From Verrucomicrobiota bacterium (GTDB lineage: Bacteria; Verrucomicrobiota; Verrucomicrobiia; Limisphaerales; CANJSG01), in contig JBBQXJ010000001.1 in NCBI GenBank assembly GCA_038209745.1, positions 30,096 to 94,095 of the forward strand: a stretch of 64,000 nt of DNA, read 5' to 3'. Within the stretch, counting starts at the first letter, position 1; the number at the start of each line of letters is the position of its first letter. Positions 8,812 to 18,388 of the stretch are shown here, piece by piece. The notes beneath the pieces are model-generated. The model was not told where the DNA came from, ran no database searches, and saw nothing but the letters and a program-made list of their open reading frames with translations. Both the position numbers and the translations under genes were made by a program.

Positions 8812-9896
8812 GCTTTGAGGACAAGGGCCGGATCAACCATCGATGAGCTGGGAAGTTTTTCGGATTTAGACGAAAGAATCAACTGAAACGACACCAGAGC
8901 GAAGAGAGCTCCGGTCACGAGCGACAGAGCTCCGACTGCCATGTGGGCTGTAGCCACGTCCGCCGCCTTTCCAGTCCAGATCGTCGCGGCTCCCAGCGAT
9001 ACCTGGATCAAGATGAGCCCGAACCAAAGACCGGCAAACATCCGGAGAATGTGAGCCTTGGGAAACAACCTCCGAATCAGGACGAAGCAGGCGAAGATCC
9101 ATGTCGCGATTCCAACGGCTAGGATTCGATGAACCATCTGCAAGACGATCTGCACCGGGGTTATGTCCTCGAATGCGACTGCGGAGATTCGAGCCCGGTT
9201 ATAGCCGGCCACCGCATCGGCGGAGGTGTCAGGCCAGACTTGGCCGTAGGCCAGCGGAAAATCGGGAATAGCCAGACCCGCGTGTTGGTGGCGCATGGTG
9301 GCACCAATCAACAGCTGGCAGAAAATCAACACCGTTCCCACTGTCACCAAACCCCTCGCCTTTTTCAGTGCGGACACGTCCGTCGGCGAAGTAGATGAGA
9401 GCCGCCTCCAGAGCCTCGAAGTCATCAGGACAAGGGCGGCCAGCAGGGACAGAAACAACTGGGCGACTGCGGCATGAAATACACCGAAGATCGCACCCAA
9501 ATTCGTATTTCCGACGATTTGAGCATCAAAAACCACTCGAAATCCACCGAGCACCCCTTGGATGATCACCCCGAAGAAAGCCACAAGACCCAGTTTTTTG
9601 AGCGTCGGACTTGCTTTTGAAAACCACAGCCAAACGGCAAGCGACAAGGTCAAAAGACCCACCAGGGAGCCTTTCAATCGATGCGAATGTTCCCAGAAGA
9701 CCCCACCCTCCCGCCATTTGTTCCAAGGGAGGAGGAACATGTTGTAGCCGTAGCTGTTGGGCCAGTCAGGCACTGACATGCCGACCCCTTTGCTTGTCAC
9801 CATGCCTCCGACACAAAGAAGGAACACCGTGGCCACCGCAGTGGCCCACGCCAGACGATGCACTCCCTGCAAGGGATTCTGCTCGGAAGGGTTCAC
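8808..9896 (-). CDS. ctaA: heme A synthase (COX15/CtaA family)
   Basis: Polytopic, with GMSVPDWPNSYG and WEHSHR motifs. The start is uncertain. GTG 9944 in the ORF track lies upstream of terminator 9909-9940, so I use GTG 9896 (GTG 9863 is also possible). Confidence 0.8.
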   Translation of the reverse strand: MNPSEQNPLQGVHRLAWATAVATVFLLCVGGMVTSKGVGMSVPDWPNSYGYNMFLLPWNKWREGGVFWEHSHRLKGSLVGLLTLSLAVWLWFSKASPTLKKLGLVAFFGVIIQGVLGGFRVVFDAQIVGNTNLGAIFGVFHAAVAQLFLSLLAALVLMTSRLWRRLSSTSPTDVSALKKARGLVTVGTVLIFCQLLIGATMRHQHAGLAIPDFPLAYGQVWPDTSADAVAGYNRARISAVAFEDITPVQIVLQMVHRILAVGIATWIFACFVLIRRLFPKAHILRMFAGLWFGLILIQVSLGAATIWTGKAADVATAHMAVGALSLVTGALFALVSFQLILSSKSEKLPSSSMVDPALVLKA

Positions 9897-9908
9897 GGAC
9901 GACGTTTT

Positions 9909-9940
9909 AGAAAAAGAGCCGGCGGCGTTCAGCCGCCGGC
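9909..9940 (-). terminator. rho-independent terminator after the cupredoxin gene
   Basis: Minus strand reads GCCGGCGGC-TGAAC-GCCGCCGGC followed by TCTTTTTCT: a perfect 9-bp GC stem, 19 nt after the stop at 9960-9962. Confidence 0.8.
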
Positions 9941-9959
9941 TCACGTGGCTTGAGAGTGA

Positions 9960-10670
9960 TTATTTAACTTCGAGGGTGAAGTTTTCTTTTGCTCCACCTG
10001 CTTCAACCGCAATCTCTTTGACCTCTCCATCGGTGTTGCCGTGGGTTTTGCGGTGGTAGACAACCATCTTATACTTGCCGTCCGGCACGTTTTTGATGGT
10101 GTAGTTGCCGTCCTTGTCGGTCACGGCGAAGAACGGATTGTCGAAGACGGCGACGTAGGCGGTCATCCAAGGATGGACGTCGCACTTGAAGAGGATGGGG
10201 ACCTCCATCTTGTCGAACGACATTTCTTTGACCTGTCCCTTGGTCGCTTGGGCGAAGTTGCTGCCCTTGTTGATCTTGGCCCGGCTGCAGTTGACGTTGT
10301 GCAGCACAGGGTCGCTGTTTCTTACTTCAAATTTCTGCCCCGCCATGACCGCGAGGCTAAACGGATGATATTCACAGCCTAATTGGTCGAGCACGGGCTT
10401 GTCGGCCGGCGGGGTGAAGGTCTTGCCATCGATGCCCGTGCCCGACTTGAGATAGACGAACACATCGGCCAAGCCGTCGGCCAAGCCGACATCATACTGC
10501 CGGCTGGTGATCGTCAGCTTTTCTGGAGTCCCGCAGATCACGTCCTTCATTTGGGCCGGAGGCGGAGGCGTGCCCTTGAGGGTGATCTTGCCGGTGATGT
10601 CACCGGCGAAAACAGAATGTGACGCAGCCGTCGCGACCGCCAGGACCAACCAAGTTGAGAGCTTCTTCAT
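9960..10670 (-). CDS. secreted cupredoxin (type-1 Cu) fused to a carboxypeptidase-regulatory-like beta-sandwich
   Basis: Signal peptide MKKLSTWLVLAVATAASHSVFA. Candidate T1Cu ligands are VLHNV ... CDVHPWM (C-x2-H-x2-M). The tail FFAVTDKDGNYTIKNVPDGKYKMVVYH is typical of the CarboxypepD_reg fold. Confidence 0.7.
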   Translation of the reverse strand: MKKLSTWLVLAVATAASHSVFAGDITGKITLKGTPPPPAQMKDVICGTPEKLTITSRQYDVGLADGLADVFVYLKSGTGIDGKTFTPPADKPVLDQLGCEYHPFSLAVMAGQKFEVRNSDPVLHNVNCSRAKINKGSNFAQATKGQVKEMSFDKMEVPILFKCDVHPWMTAYVAVFDNPFFAVTDKDGNYTIKNVPDGKYKMVVYHRKTHGNTDGEVKEIAVEAGGAKENFTLEVK

Positions 10671-10792
10671 GATTCGGATTTCGGTTATCAGCCGAGAAAA
10701 CCTAACGGAGCCAATCGACCCCGCAAGTCCTTTGTGAAAATTTTCACAAGCTCGAGCTTCCTGTTCGACGGGTCTCGTTTGCGGGCCATTCG

Positions 10793-11953
10793 ATGCAGTC
10801 TTCCGCCTCTTTCTTTCTGGTGGTGCCCATGATTCCATCGGGCGTAATGGTAGAACTCCCACCCGAAACCCAGTCAGCCGGGCGCGTGCATGTGAAGTCC
10901 CGAGGGCAACGTCTTCTGTGTTTTGGGGGATGCGACTATTTCCGGCTTTCAACCCATTCCGCCGTTATCCGAGCGGCCCAAACCGCGCTCATCGACGGAG
11001 GCCTCGATGTGGCCGCTTCTAGGATGACCACTGGAAACCACCCGATTTACCGGCAACTGGAGCGGGCGCTCGTCCAATTTTTTCGAATGGAGAGCGCGGT
11101 GCTGGCTTCGTCGGGCTACGCATCCGGCTTGCTCGTGGCGCAGGCACTTTCCGGATCGGTCACCCATGTCTTCTTGGACGAAAGAGCCCACGGATGCCTG
11201 CGCGATGCGGCCCACTGGCTCAGGGTGCCCACGCGGGATTTCAGACATCGGGATCCGACGAGTCTGCGAAAACAACTGGGCCGCCTCTCCGTGGGCGCAA
11301 AACCTCTGATCGGCACCGACGGCATGTTTGCAGCCGACGGCGCTTTGGCGCCCGTCGGAGACCTGCTGGAACTCCTGCCTGAAAACGGCCTCCTCTGGAT
11401 CGATGATTCCCATGGCGCCGGAACTCTCGGCGCGCGCGGTCGAGGTTCGATGGAGGAAGCAAAATCCCGCGTGGGGGCCCGTGCAGACCGGTTGATTGTC
11501 ACGATGACACTGAGCAAAGCGTTCGGCTGCTATGGCGGCGCGGTGCTGGGCCCGGCGGCTCTACGAGAGCGCATTCTGAAGAAAAGTCGCCTTTTCACCG
11601 GCAACACTCCGTTGCCACCGCTGCTGGCAGCCGCCGCGATTGCCTCCATTCACATCCTCAAGACAGACCCCTCCCTGCGGAGACGCCTCCGGGCCAACAC
11701 GACCCAGTTGCGGTCAGCCCTCGCGGCGGAAGGTTGGCCGGTGGAGGCGTCCGCATCGCCCGTATTGGCTTTGACCCCTGCATCCGACAAAGAGGCCGCG
11801 ACGATGCAACGGCGCCTCTTGCGGGCGGGCATCCTTCCGACATTCATCCGGTATCCCGGAGGACCGGACGGAGGATTCCTTCGCCTCGCCGTGTCGAGCG
11901 AGCACTCGGCACAGGAGGTGGAACTGCTCGGACAATCCCTCCGCAGAGACTGA
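10793..11953 (+). CDS. alpha-oxoamine synthase family PLP enzyme (8-amino-7-oxononanoate synthase / KBL-like)
   Basis: [15 protein letters not shown], with the PLP-lysine block [13 protein letters not shown]. Start could also be ATG 10829. Confidence 0.8.
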   Translation: MQSSASFFLVVPMIPSGVMVELPPETQSAGRVHVKSRGQRLLCFGGCDYFRLSTHSAVIRAAQTALIDGGLDVAASRMTTGNHPIYRQLERALVQFFRMESAVLASSGYASGLLVAQALSGSVTHVFLDERAHGCLRDAAHWLRVPTRDFRHRDPTSLRKQLGRLSVGAKPLIGTDGMFAADGALAPVGDLLELLPENGLLWIDDSHGAGTLGARGRGSMEEAKSRVGARADRLIVTMTLSKAFGCYGGAVLGPAALRERILKKSRLFTGNTPLPPLLAAAAIASIHILKTDPSLRRRLRANTTQLRSALAAEGWPVEASASPVLALTPASDKEAATMQRRLLRAGILPTFIRYPGGPDGGFLRLAVSSEHSAQEVELLGQSLRRD

Positions 11954-12014
11954 CGCCGAGATCCCATCCATTTACCCCCTTGCCACCCCGGCAGCCGGTT
12001 CGCCAAGGTTTCTC

Positions 12015-13580
12015 ATGGCAGCGACCGCGAAACCGAACGTCATTGACTCCGAGTTCTACCTGAACGCCGACGCGTTTTTTTCGGCCCATCGGGGCATCGC
12101 GCTGACCTACGACGACGTCACGCTGGCGACCCAATACTCCGAAGTCCTTCCCCGGGACACCCAGCTCGACACCAAGCTCGCCAATGGCCTGGAACTGAAC
12201 ATCCCCGTCATTTCGGCGGACATGGACACCGTCACCGAGTCCCGCATGGCAATCGCCATGGCGCTCAACGGAGGCCTCGGTCTCATCCACTACAACATGC
12301 CGGAGCGCGAACAGCTCTCCGAAGTCAGCCGGGTAAAAAACAACATCCACGGGCTGATCCAGGAGCCGATCAAGGTCTCTCCCGACCAGTTCCTCGGCGA
12401 CGTGCTGGAGATGGTGGAGAAGAGGAAATTCGAGTTCCGCACCTTCCCCGTGGTGGATGAACACGGAAAACTCCTCGGCCTTCTCCCCGGCCATGTGGTC
12501 AAGCCCCGCTACGCCAAACGAAAGGTCTCCGAGGCTCTCACGCCCCGCGATCAGATCCACACCCTTCGCAAAAAGGATCTCGGTTCAAACCCGATTGCCA
12601 AGGCCGACAAGTTTTTCACCGACCATCCCGGGATCCACAAGCTGCTCGTCGTCGACGACCAGGACAAGCTCCACGGCCTCTTCACCATGAGCGACGTGGA
12701 GCGGATCACCCAGGAGAAGCGGGCCCAGTTCAAACCCGCGCGCGATTCCAAGTTCCGCCTGATCTGCGGCGCCGCGCTCTCGGCCACGCGCAACGCCTTC
12801 GGCGAGCTCGACCGCGACCGCATCCTCGCCCATCTCGGCGGCCTCGAAGAGCGCGGCGTCGACGTAGTGGCCGTCTCCACCGCTCACGGCTACACCAAGG
12901 GAGTCGGCGAAACCGTGAAGATGATCCGCGACGCGTATCCGAACCTTCCGATCATCGCGGGCAATGTCACCAGCGGCGCCGCCGTCGAGTTCCTGGCCGA
13001 CGCCGGTGCCAACGCCATCAAAGTAGGCCAAGGGCCCGGCTCCATCTGCACCACCCGCGTCGTTGCGGGCGTCGGCATTCCCCAACTCACCGCGCTCTAT
13101 GTCTGCTCCAAAGCCGCCGCCAAGAAGGGCGTTTCCATCATCGCCGACGGCGGCATCACCAAGTCCGGCGATGTGGTCAAGGCCTTGACCCTGTCGCAGG
13201 CGGTGATCTGTGGAGGCATGTTGGCTGGTTGCCCCGAAGCCCCCGGCCAGATCATGGAAATCGGCGGCAAGATGTATAAACAATATCGCGGCATGGGCAG
13301 CATCGCCGCCATGAAGTCCGGCTCCGCCGCGCGCTACGGCCACAGCAAGGACGCCACCCAGAAGGTCGCGGCCGAAGGCGTCGAAGCCCTTAAGGAAGTC
13401 TCCCCGCCGGTCGACGCGATCCTCACCCAGATGATCGGAGGCATCCAGAGCGGCATGGGCTATCTCGGTTCGGCCAACCTCGCCCAGCTCCGCGAAAAAG
13501 CCCGCTACATCCGCGTCAGCCCCGCCGGGATGCGCGAGGCCACCCCGCACGACGTCGTGGAAGTGAAGGCGGGGACGTAG
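12015..13580 (+). CDS. guaB: IMP dehydrogenase
   Basis: Catalytic loop [29 protein letters not shown], and a CBS pair in the middle. Confidence 0.95.
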   Translation: MAATAKPNVIDSEFYLNADAFFSAHRGIALTYDDVTLATQYSEVLPRDTQLDTKLANGLELNIPVISADMDTVTESRMAIAMALNGGLGLIHYNMPEREQLSEVSRVKNNIHGLIQEPIKVSPDQFLGDVLEMVEKRKFEFRTFPVVDEHGKLLGLLPGHVVKPRYAKRKVSEALTPRDQIHTLRKKDLGSNPIAKADKFFTDHPGIHKLLVVDDQDKLHGLFTMSDVERITQEKRAQFKPARDSKFRLICGAALSATRNAFGELDRDRILAHLGGLEERGVDVVAVSTAHGYTKGVGETVKMIRDAYPNLPIIAGNVTSGAAVEFLADAGANAIKVGQGPGSICTTRVVAGVGIPQLTALYVCSKAAAKKGVSIIADGGITKSGDVVKALTLSQAVICGGMLAGCPEAPGQIMEIGGKMYKQYRGMGSIAAMKSGSAARYGHSKDATQKVAAEGVEALKEVSPPVDAILTQMIGGIQSGMGYLGSANLAQLREKARYIRVSPAGMREATPHDVVEVKAGT

Positions 13581-13617
13581 TCTGGGCCGGCTATTCCGCG
13601 GTCAAACCACGCTCGGA

Positions 13618-14499
13618 CTACGTCTTGTTCCGCACAAGGCGCAGTCCGACCGACACCAGCGAGGCCAGTCCGTAGACGATTCCCAAAAACACGACGTCCG
13701 TCGGGCCCACCGGCAGATCCCATTCATAGGCGATCCAAAAACCGAGGAACGCCGAGACCCCACCGATGACCGACGCCAGCACGGTGAACTGGCGCATGTT
13801 CCGGGCGAACAGGTGCGACGTCAGCGCCGGGATCAAAAGAAAACCGAACGAAATCAGCGGCCCCACGCTGAGCACCGCCATGGAAACGGTCAGCCCGATC
13901 AATGCGAAGATCAGCACGTCCCAGAAGACGACGTTCTTCCCCAGCGTGACCGCCATCGCGCGGTCGAAGGAGACCAGCAGGATCTCCTTGTGGAACAGGC
14001 CGAGCACCAGCAGCACGACCCCGAGCGTGACGGCGGTCAGCACCAGGTCGGCGTTGTCGATCGTGATCACCTCGCCCTTCATCAGGTCCAGCCAGCCGAC
14101 CTCCGCATACCGGTTCTTTGAGAGCAGGATGATGCTCAACGCGGAGGCGACGACATAGCCGGCCCCCAGACGCCCCTCGGGCAACCCGCGCCCCCGCCGT
14201 TCCAACACGGCGAACACCATGATGGCGACCAGCGAGAAGAGCGTGGAACCGACGAACGCCACCAGATGTTCGCTGTGGGCCTCGTGCTCCGGCTTCATCG
14301 CCCCCAGCCACATCGGGACGGACAGGGCGATGGCGACACCGGTCGAGGAGATCTGCGGCAGCGCGACACCCATGAAGACGAGCCGTCGCAGGACAAGAAA
14401 GACTCCGACCAACGGACAGGCGAACCCGATGAGCACGCTGGTGTAGACCGAGTTTCGTAGGAGGAAATCGGGCGAGAGGATCTGGTGGAGCGATTCCAT
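13618..14499 (-). CDS. metal (Zn/Mn-type) ABC transporter permease, ABC-3 family
   Basis: About 8 TM helices, adjacent to the ATPase and SBP. ATG 14499 (MESLHQIL) lies 1 nt after the ATPase stop. An alternative start at 14520 would overlap it. Confidence 0.85.
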   Translation of the reverse strand: MESLHQILSPDFLLRNSVYTSVLIGFACPLVGVFLVLRRLVFMGVALPQISSTGVAIALSVPMWLGAMKPEHEAHSEHLVAFVGSTLFSLVAIMVFAVLERRGRGLPEGRLGAGYVVASALSIILLSKNRYAEVGWLDLMKGEVITIDNADLVLTAVTLGVVLLVLGLFHKEILLVSFDRAMAVTLGKNVVFWDVLIFALIGLTVSMAVLSVGPLISFGFLLIPALTSHLFARNMRQFTVLASVIGGVSAFLGFWIAYEWDLPVGPTDVVFLGIVYGLASLVSVGLRLVRNKT

Positions 14500-14500
14500 A

Positions 14501-15205
14501 TCAGCCGATCTCCATTTCAAAAATCTCCGTCATGCGCTCCCGGGTCAGGAGCTCCGCCACGGTGCCGTGGAGAACCTTTCCCTCATGCAGCCACACGACC
14601 TGCTGAGCGTGTTTGCGCACGAGCGGCAGGTCGTGGGTCACCATCAGGATCGTCAGTTTCCGTTCTTCGTGGATGCGCGAGATGAACTGCAGCAAGGAGC
14701 GCGTCGCCGCGACATCCACGCCGGCGGTGGGTTCGTCGAGCACGAGCGCCTCGGGCCGGGTGGCGAGCGCACGGGCGATCAGCACGCGCTGTTTTTGACC
14801 TCCCGACAGGTCGGTGAACTTCTTGTGCGCGAAGCCGTCCGCCGCCGTCGCCTGCAGGCACTCGCGGGCAAAGGCCCGCTCCGACTTCGGCACCCATCGT
14901 CCGGGTCCGATGCGTCCGTAGGCGCCCATCAACGCCACATCAAACCCCGTCAAGGGATAGAGCGGATCGAACTGGCTGGATTGCGGCACGTAGCCGAACC
15001 CGGCGGGCGGATCAATGCGGATGCGGCCCGAGACGGCCGGCTGGAGACCGAGCAGCGTCTTCAGCAAGGTGGACTTGCCGGACCCGTTCGCGCCGAGAAT
15101 GGCGGTGAAGCTGGAACGCTCCACCGCGAGGGAAATGCCGGACAGGAGGGCCTGGCCATCGTAGCCGATCGCCAAGTCGTCCAGCGTGATGATGGGATCG
15201 CTCAT
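14501..15205 (-). CDS. metal ABC transporter ATP-binding protein
   Basis: Walker A GANGSGKST, signature LSGGQKQR, Walker B LVLDEPT. Confidence 0.9.
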   Translation of the reverse strand: MSDPIITLDDLAIGYDGQALLSGISLAVERSSFTAILGANGSGKSTLLKTLLGLQPAVSGRIRIDPPAGFGYVPQSSQFDPLYPLTGFDVALMGAYGRIGPGRWVPKSERAFARECLQATAADGFAHKKFTDLSGGQKQRVLIARALATRPEALVLDEPTAGVDVAATRSLLQFISRIHEERKLTILMVTHDLPLVRKHAQQVVWLHEGKVLHGTVAELLTRERMTEIFEMEIG

Positions 15206-15209
15206 GCCG

Positions 15210-16127
15210 CTATTTCTTCACCGCCCCCACGAACGAACGCACGATATAGTCCATCATCTCGATGTAGGTGTCGGTGTGCGGCACGCCGCCGGGCATGATC
15301 GGGAGTTTGATCAGCGCCGCCCCGGTTTCCTTGGCGATGAGCGAGGGCACCTTCGCGGGGAACTGGGGCTCGCGGACCACGATCGGCACATGCTCGGCCT
15401 TCATGGTGGAGACCAGTTCCTCGATGTGTCGCGGCGTGGGATCAATCCCGGGTTTCAGCTCGATGGTGCCAATATATTTGAACCCGAACCGTTCCGCGAA
15501 GTAGGGCCAGTGTTCGTGGTAGGAGACGAACGCGGTTCCCTTGAGCGGCTCCAGTTCCCGGCTCCACTCGGCGATCTTGGCGTCGAGTTTCGCGAGGTAG
15601 GCGTCGCGGTTGCGCGCGTAGTCCGCCTGATGCTCGGGATCGGCCGTGATCAACGCAACGTAGATGTTCTTGATCGCGGTCTTCGCCAACACCGGGTCAA
15701 GCATGTAGTGCGGATTGCCGTAGGGATGCACGTCGCCTTGCGAGTGGTCGGTGGACGCCGGCACGCCAACGGGCGTGACGCCGGCCGAGCAGTCCACATA
15801 GCCGGGATGGCCGTATTGGATGCGCGGGTTGCGGCTGGCCTCGAGCAATCCGGGCAGAAAGGAATGCTCGCAGCCAAACCCGATCAAGATCACCAGGTCC
15901 GCGCGGTTCAGGCGTGGGACGAAGCTCGGCTTCATCGGCACGCCGTGGGTGTCCTCGATGCCCGTCGCCAGGCTGAAGACATCCACGTGGTCGCCGCCGA
16001 TGTTGCGCGCCAAATCGGCGAGATCGGTCAATGTGGTGACGATACGGATCTTGGCCGCTTGGGCGGATGGGATCGCGAAGGCGAAAGCGCCAACGAGCGC
16101 GAGAAGGTTGAAGAATCGATATTTCAT
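15210..16127 (-). CDS. metal ABC transporter substrate-binding protein (TroA/ZnuA cluster A-I)
   Basis: Signal peptide MKYRFFNLLALVGAFAFAIPSAQA, plus DTHGVP, GDVHPYGNPHYMLDP and YHEHWPYF metal-ligand blocks. Confidence 0.85.
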   Translation of the reverse strand: MKYRFFNLLALVGAFAFAIPSAQAAKIRIVTTLTDLADLARNIGGDHVDVFSLATGIEDTHGVPMKPSFVPRLNRADLVILIGFGCEHSFLPGLLEASRNPRIQYGHPGYVDCSAGVTPVGVPASTDHSQGDVHPYGNPHYMLDPVLAKTAIKNIYVALITADPEHQADYARNRDAYLAKLDAKIAEWSRELEPLKGTAFVSYHEHWPYFAERFGFKYIGTIELKPGIDPTPRHIEELVSTMKAEHVPIVVREPQFPAKVPSLIAKETGAALIKLPIMPGGVPHTDTYIEMMDYIVRSFVGAVKK

Positions 16128-16149
16128 GGGGGTGTTCTCCGTGGTTCGT

Positions 16150-17574
16150 TCACCGCTGCTGCCAGCCGTGGGCATGGGCGCCGATGATCCAGGCCCATTG
16201 CAGATAGACGGCGTCGTCCGAAGGCAGGCCAGAAGACGCGCTGTTTTCCGTGTGGGTGTATTGCAGCCGGAGCTGGTTCCAGTGGCTCACCGCAAAGGTG
16301 AGGTAGGGCGAATAGGCGAACGTCTCGACGGAGTTGTTCTGCGGGCTTTGCACCCAGTCGAAGAGAAATCCGGCGCTCCATTTTCGGTTCCATTTGTAGG
16401 TCGCATAGGAATACAGGCCCAGTGAACCGATGCTGCCGTAGGCTTCGTCCCCGCTCGGCCGGCCGCCGTTCGCCGGATTCAGGCTTCCATCCGGGTCCGT
16501 CCAATAGCGGGTGTCGCCATAGAGAAGCTCCGTTCCCCAGTCGAGCCGGCGGTATTCGTTGTCGGCCAGCGGCACGTAGCTGAACCGCAGATCCAGGCCC
16601 GCGACGCGACGCGCCTTCTCGGTCAACGTGCTGCCGTCCGGCTGGACCAGGACGCCGCCGCGATCCCGCGTGATCGGGTTGATCAAGCCTGACACGCCCG
16701 TCTCCATCTCCAGGTCGGGCGTCAGATCGAAGTAGGTGGAGAGGCGCCCGAAGTAGTTGAGACCGCCCAGAGGACGGTAGGCGCCGGGATTGTTCAGCGG
16801 ACTGCCGCCGCCGAAGCCGTTTCCGAAGCCCGCCACCGCGCTGATGTAGTGGTCCGTCGGCAACAGCCAGCTCAGCTGCGCGCCGTCGGTCCGGGACTCG
16901 CCGCCGATGTATTGGTCGAGCGCCAGCGGCCGGTTCACGAACGGCAGCTCGTGGTCGTGGATGTCCGACAGTTTCCCGAACTCGGCGAAGAACCGGCCCG
17001 CTTTGAGTTCGAGCCCCCAAGGCAGCGAAGTCGTCTGCAGCGCCGCCTCTTCGACGCCCAAGCTCGCTTCGCCCGAGGCCGCATCGGCCGAGGCGTTGAG
17101 CACGGCGTAGCCTTTGGCGAACGGATCGACCGACGCCGAGAAGTCCAACTCCAGTGAACGCTGGAACACATCAAACCCGCCCGCCCGCCCGTTCCCGGTC
17201 TGATCCGAGCCCCGGCTGTTGTAGGAGAACACGGTCTCTCCCACCAAGCCGATGGCCGGATTGAATTCACCGGGGAGGATCTTCTTCTGTGCCTCCACCA
17301 CCGAATCGACCTCTTTCTTCAGGTCCTGTATCTGCGTGGACTCGGGAGTGGCTGCGGCTGGCTGCGGCGCTGGGGGAGCAGATTGGAGTTTCTCAAGCTG
17401 GTGCTGGAGGGAATCGATCTGCTGCCGCTGCTCCTGCGCAGTCTGCTCGAACTTGCGCTGCATTTCTCCGAGCTGTTTCTTCAACTGCTCGATATCGGTC
17501 GTCTCCTGGGCTGCCAGCGGCAAAATGCCGAGGCAGAGGGCCGAAGACAGGCCCACAAGGGTTCTGGATTTCAT
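16150..17574 (-). CDS. outer-membrane beta-barrel (porin-like) protein with N-terminal coiled coil
   Basis: Signal peptide MKSRTLVGLSSALCLGILPLAAQ, then a heptad-rich region (IEQLKKQLGEMQRKFEQTAQEQRQQIDSLQHQLEKLQ). The remaining ~370 aa alternate in beta-strand fashion and are Gly/aromatic-rich. The tail is WAWIIGAHAHGWQQR. Confidence 0.55.
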   Translation of the reverse strand: MKSRTLVGLSSALCLGILPLAAQETTDIEQLKKQLGEMQRKFEQTAQEQRQQIDSLQHQLEKLQSAPPAPQPAAATPESTQIQDLKKEVDSVVEAQKKILPGEFNPAIGLVGETVFSYNSRGSDQTGNGRAGGFDVFQRSLELDFSASVDPFAKGYAVLNASADAASGEASLGVEEAALQTTSLPWGLELKAGRFFAEFGKLSDIHDHELPFVNRPLALDQYIGGESRTDGAQLSWLLPTDHYISAVAGFGNGFGGGSPLNNPGAYRPLGGLNYFGRLSTYFDLTPDLEMETGVSGLINPITRDRGGVLVQPDGSTLTEKARRVAGLDLRFSYVPLADNEYRRLDWGTELLYGDTRYWTDPDGSLNPANGGRPSGDEAYGSIGSLGLYSYATYKWNRKWSAGFLFDWVQSPQNNSVETFAYSPYLTFAVSHWNQLRLQYTHTENSASSGLPSDDAVYLQWAWIIGAHAHGWQQR

Positions 17575-17674
17575 ATGCGATACACCGACGGGGTTTGATT
17601 CAAGGAATGTCGCGGTGCGGCCGCGAAGCCGGTCAAGCTTCAGCGCGTCGCAACTGGGACAGATGGGGGATGAA

Positions 17675-18007
17675 TCAACCCTGCGGTGGACCGCGGGAAT
17701 GATAGGGGAGAACAACAGGGGAGGAAACGACACCAAAGGACGCGGAAAAAACCTCGATCCAAGATTCGGGCTGCCTCGGGAGCGGCCCCACATCGGTCTG
17801 GGCCAGTCCGGTTTCTCCGTTCGCCCAGTGGACAAAGGCGCAGTCGTGGCCGGAGGCCCCGGCATCGGGATGGAGCAGCGGATGAATCGCATCGCCGGCC
17901 GTCAGGAGAAAAACCAGCGCAAGCATCAACGCTCCCGCCAAGCTGCGGCAAACCTTCCATCCCAAGGCGGATCGCGCCTTGTTATGAGAGATTGACGGAG
18001 CGTTCAT
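17675..18007 (-). CDS. small His/Cys-containing single-TM protein, hypothetical
   Basis: 110 aa from ATG 18007, with TM helix SLAGALMLALVFLLTAG followed by DAIHPLLHPDAGASGHDCAFVHW. Coding status uncertain. Confidence 0.35.
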   Translation of the reverse strand: MNAPSISHNKARSALGWKVCRSLAGALMLALVFLLTAGDAIHPLLHPDAGASGHDCAFVHWANGETGLAQTDVGPLPRQPESWIEVFSASFGVVSSPVVLPYHSRGPPQG

Positions 18008-18163
18008 TTTTTCGACGGGAGACAAACCCGGGGTGCCTTGCCGCTTGGATCGGGCAAACCTTTCGGATCGTCCGACCGACATCGGAACAGTCGACCGGCA
18101 AGATGGTGGACTTGAGGGCGCAGTCAACTCAATGCCTTCCCCGACACGCCGGACGCCTTCTTC

Positions 18164-18388
18164 TCAGAACTGGAACGGCTCGTTCATCCGGCCGCACTGG
18201 GGACACTTGGACAGGTCCACATCCGAGTCGTCGGTGTAGGTGTAGCCGCACTTCTCGCAACGGAAGATGCGGTCGGGCGCTTCGGTGGACCGGAACCGGC
18301 GTCGACGGAACTCCCATTGCACCACCAAGGCCAAGAGCCCTGCCAGAAGCACGATCAAATAAAGCGCGATGTGGGCTTCGGGTGTCAC
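18164..18388 (-). CDS. small TM + zinc-ribbon protein
   Basis: GTG start at 18388 overlaps the TonB-like stop (GTGA). TM helix IALYLIVLLAGLLALVV, then CEKCGYTYTDDSDVDLSKCPQCG (CxxC-x16-CxxC). Confidence 0.45.
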   Translation of the reverse strand: MTPEAHIALYLIVLLAGLLALVVQWEFRRRRFRSTEAPDRIFRCEKCGYTYTDDSDVDLSKCPQCGRMNEPFQF

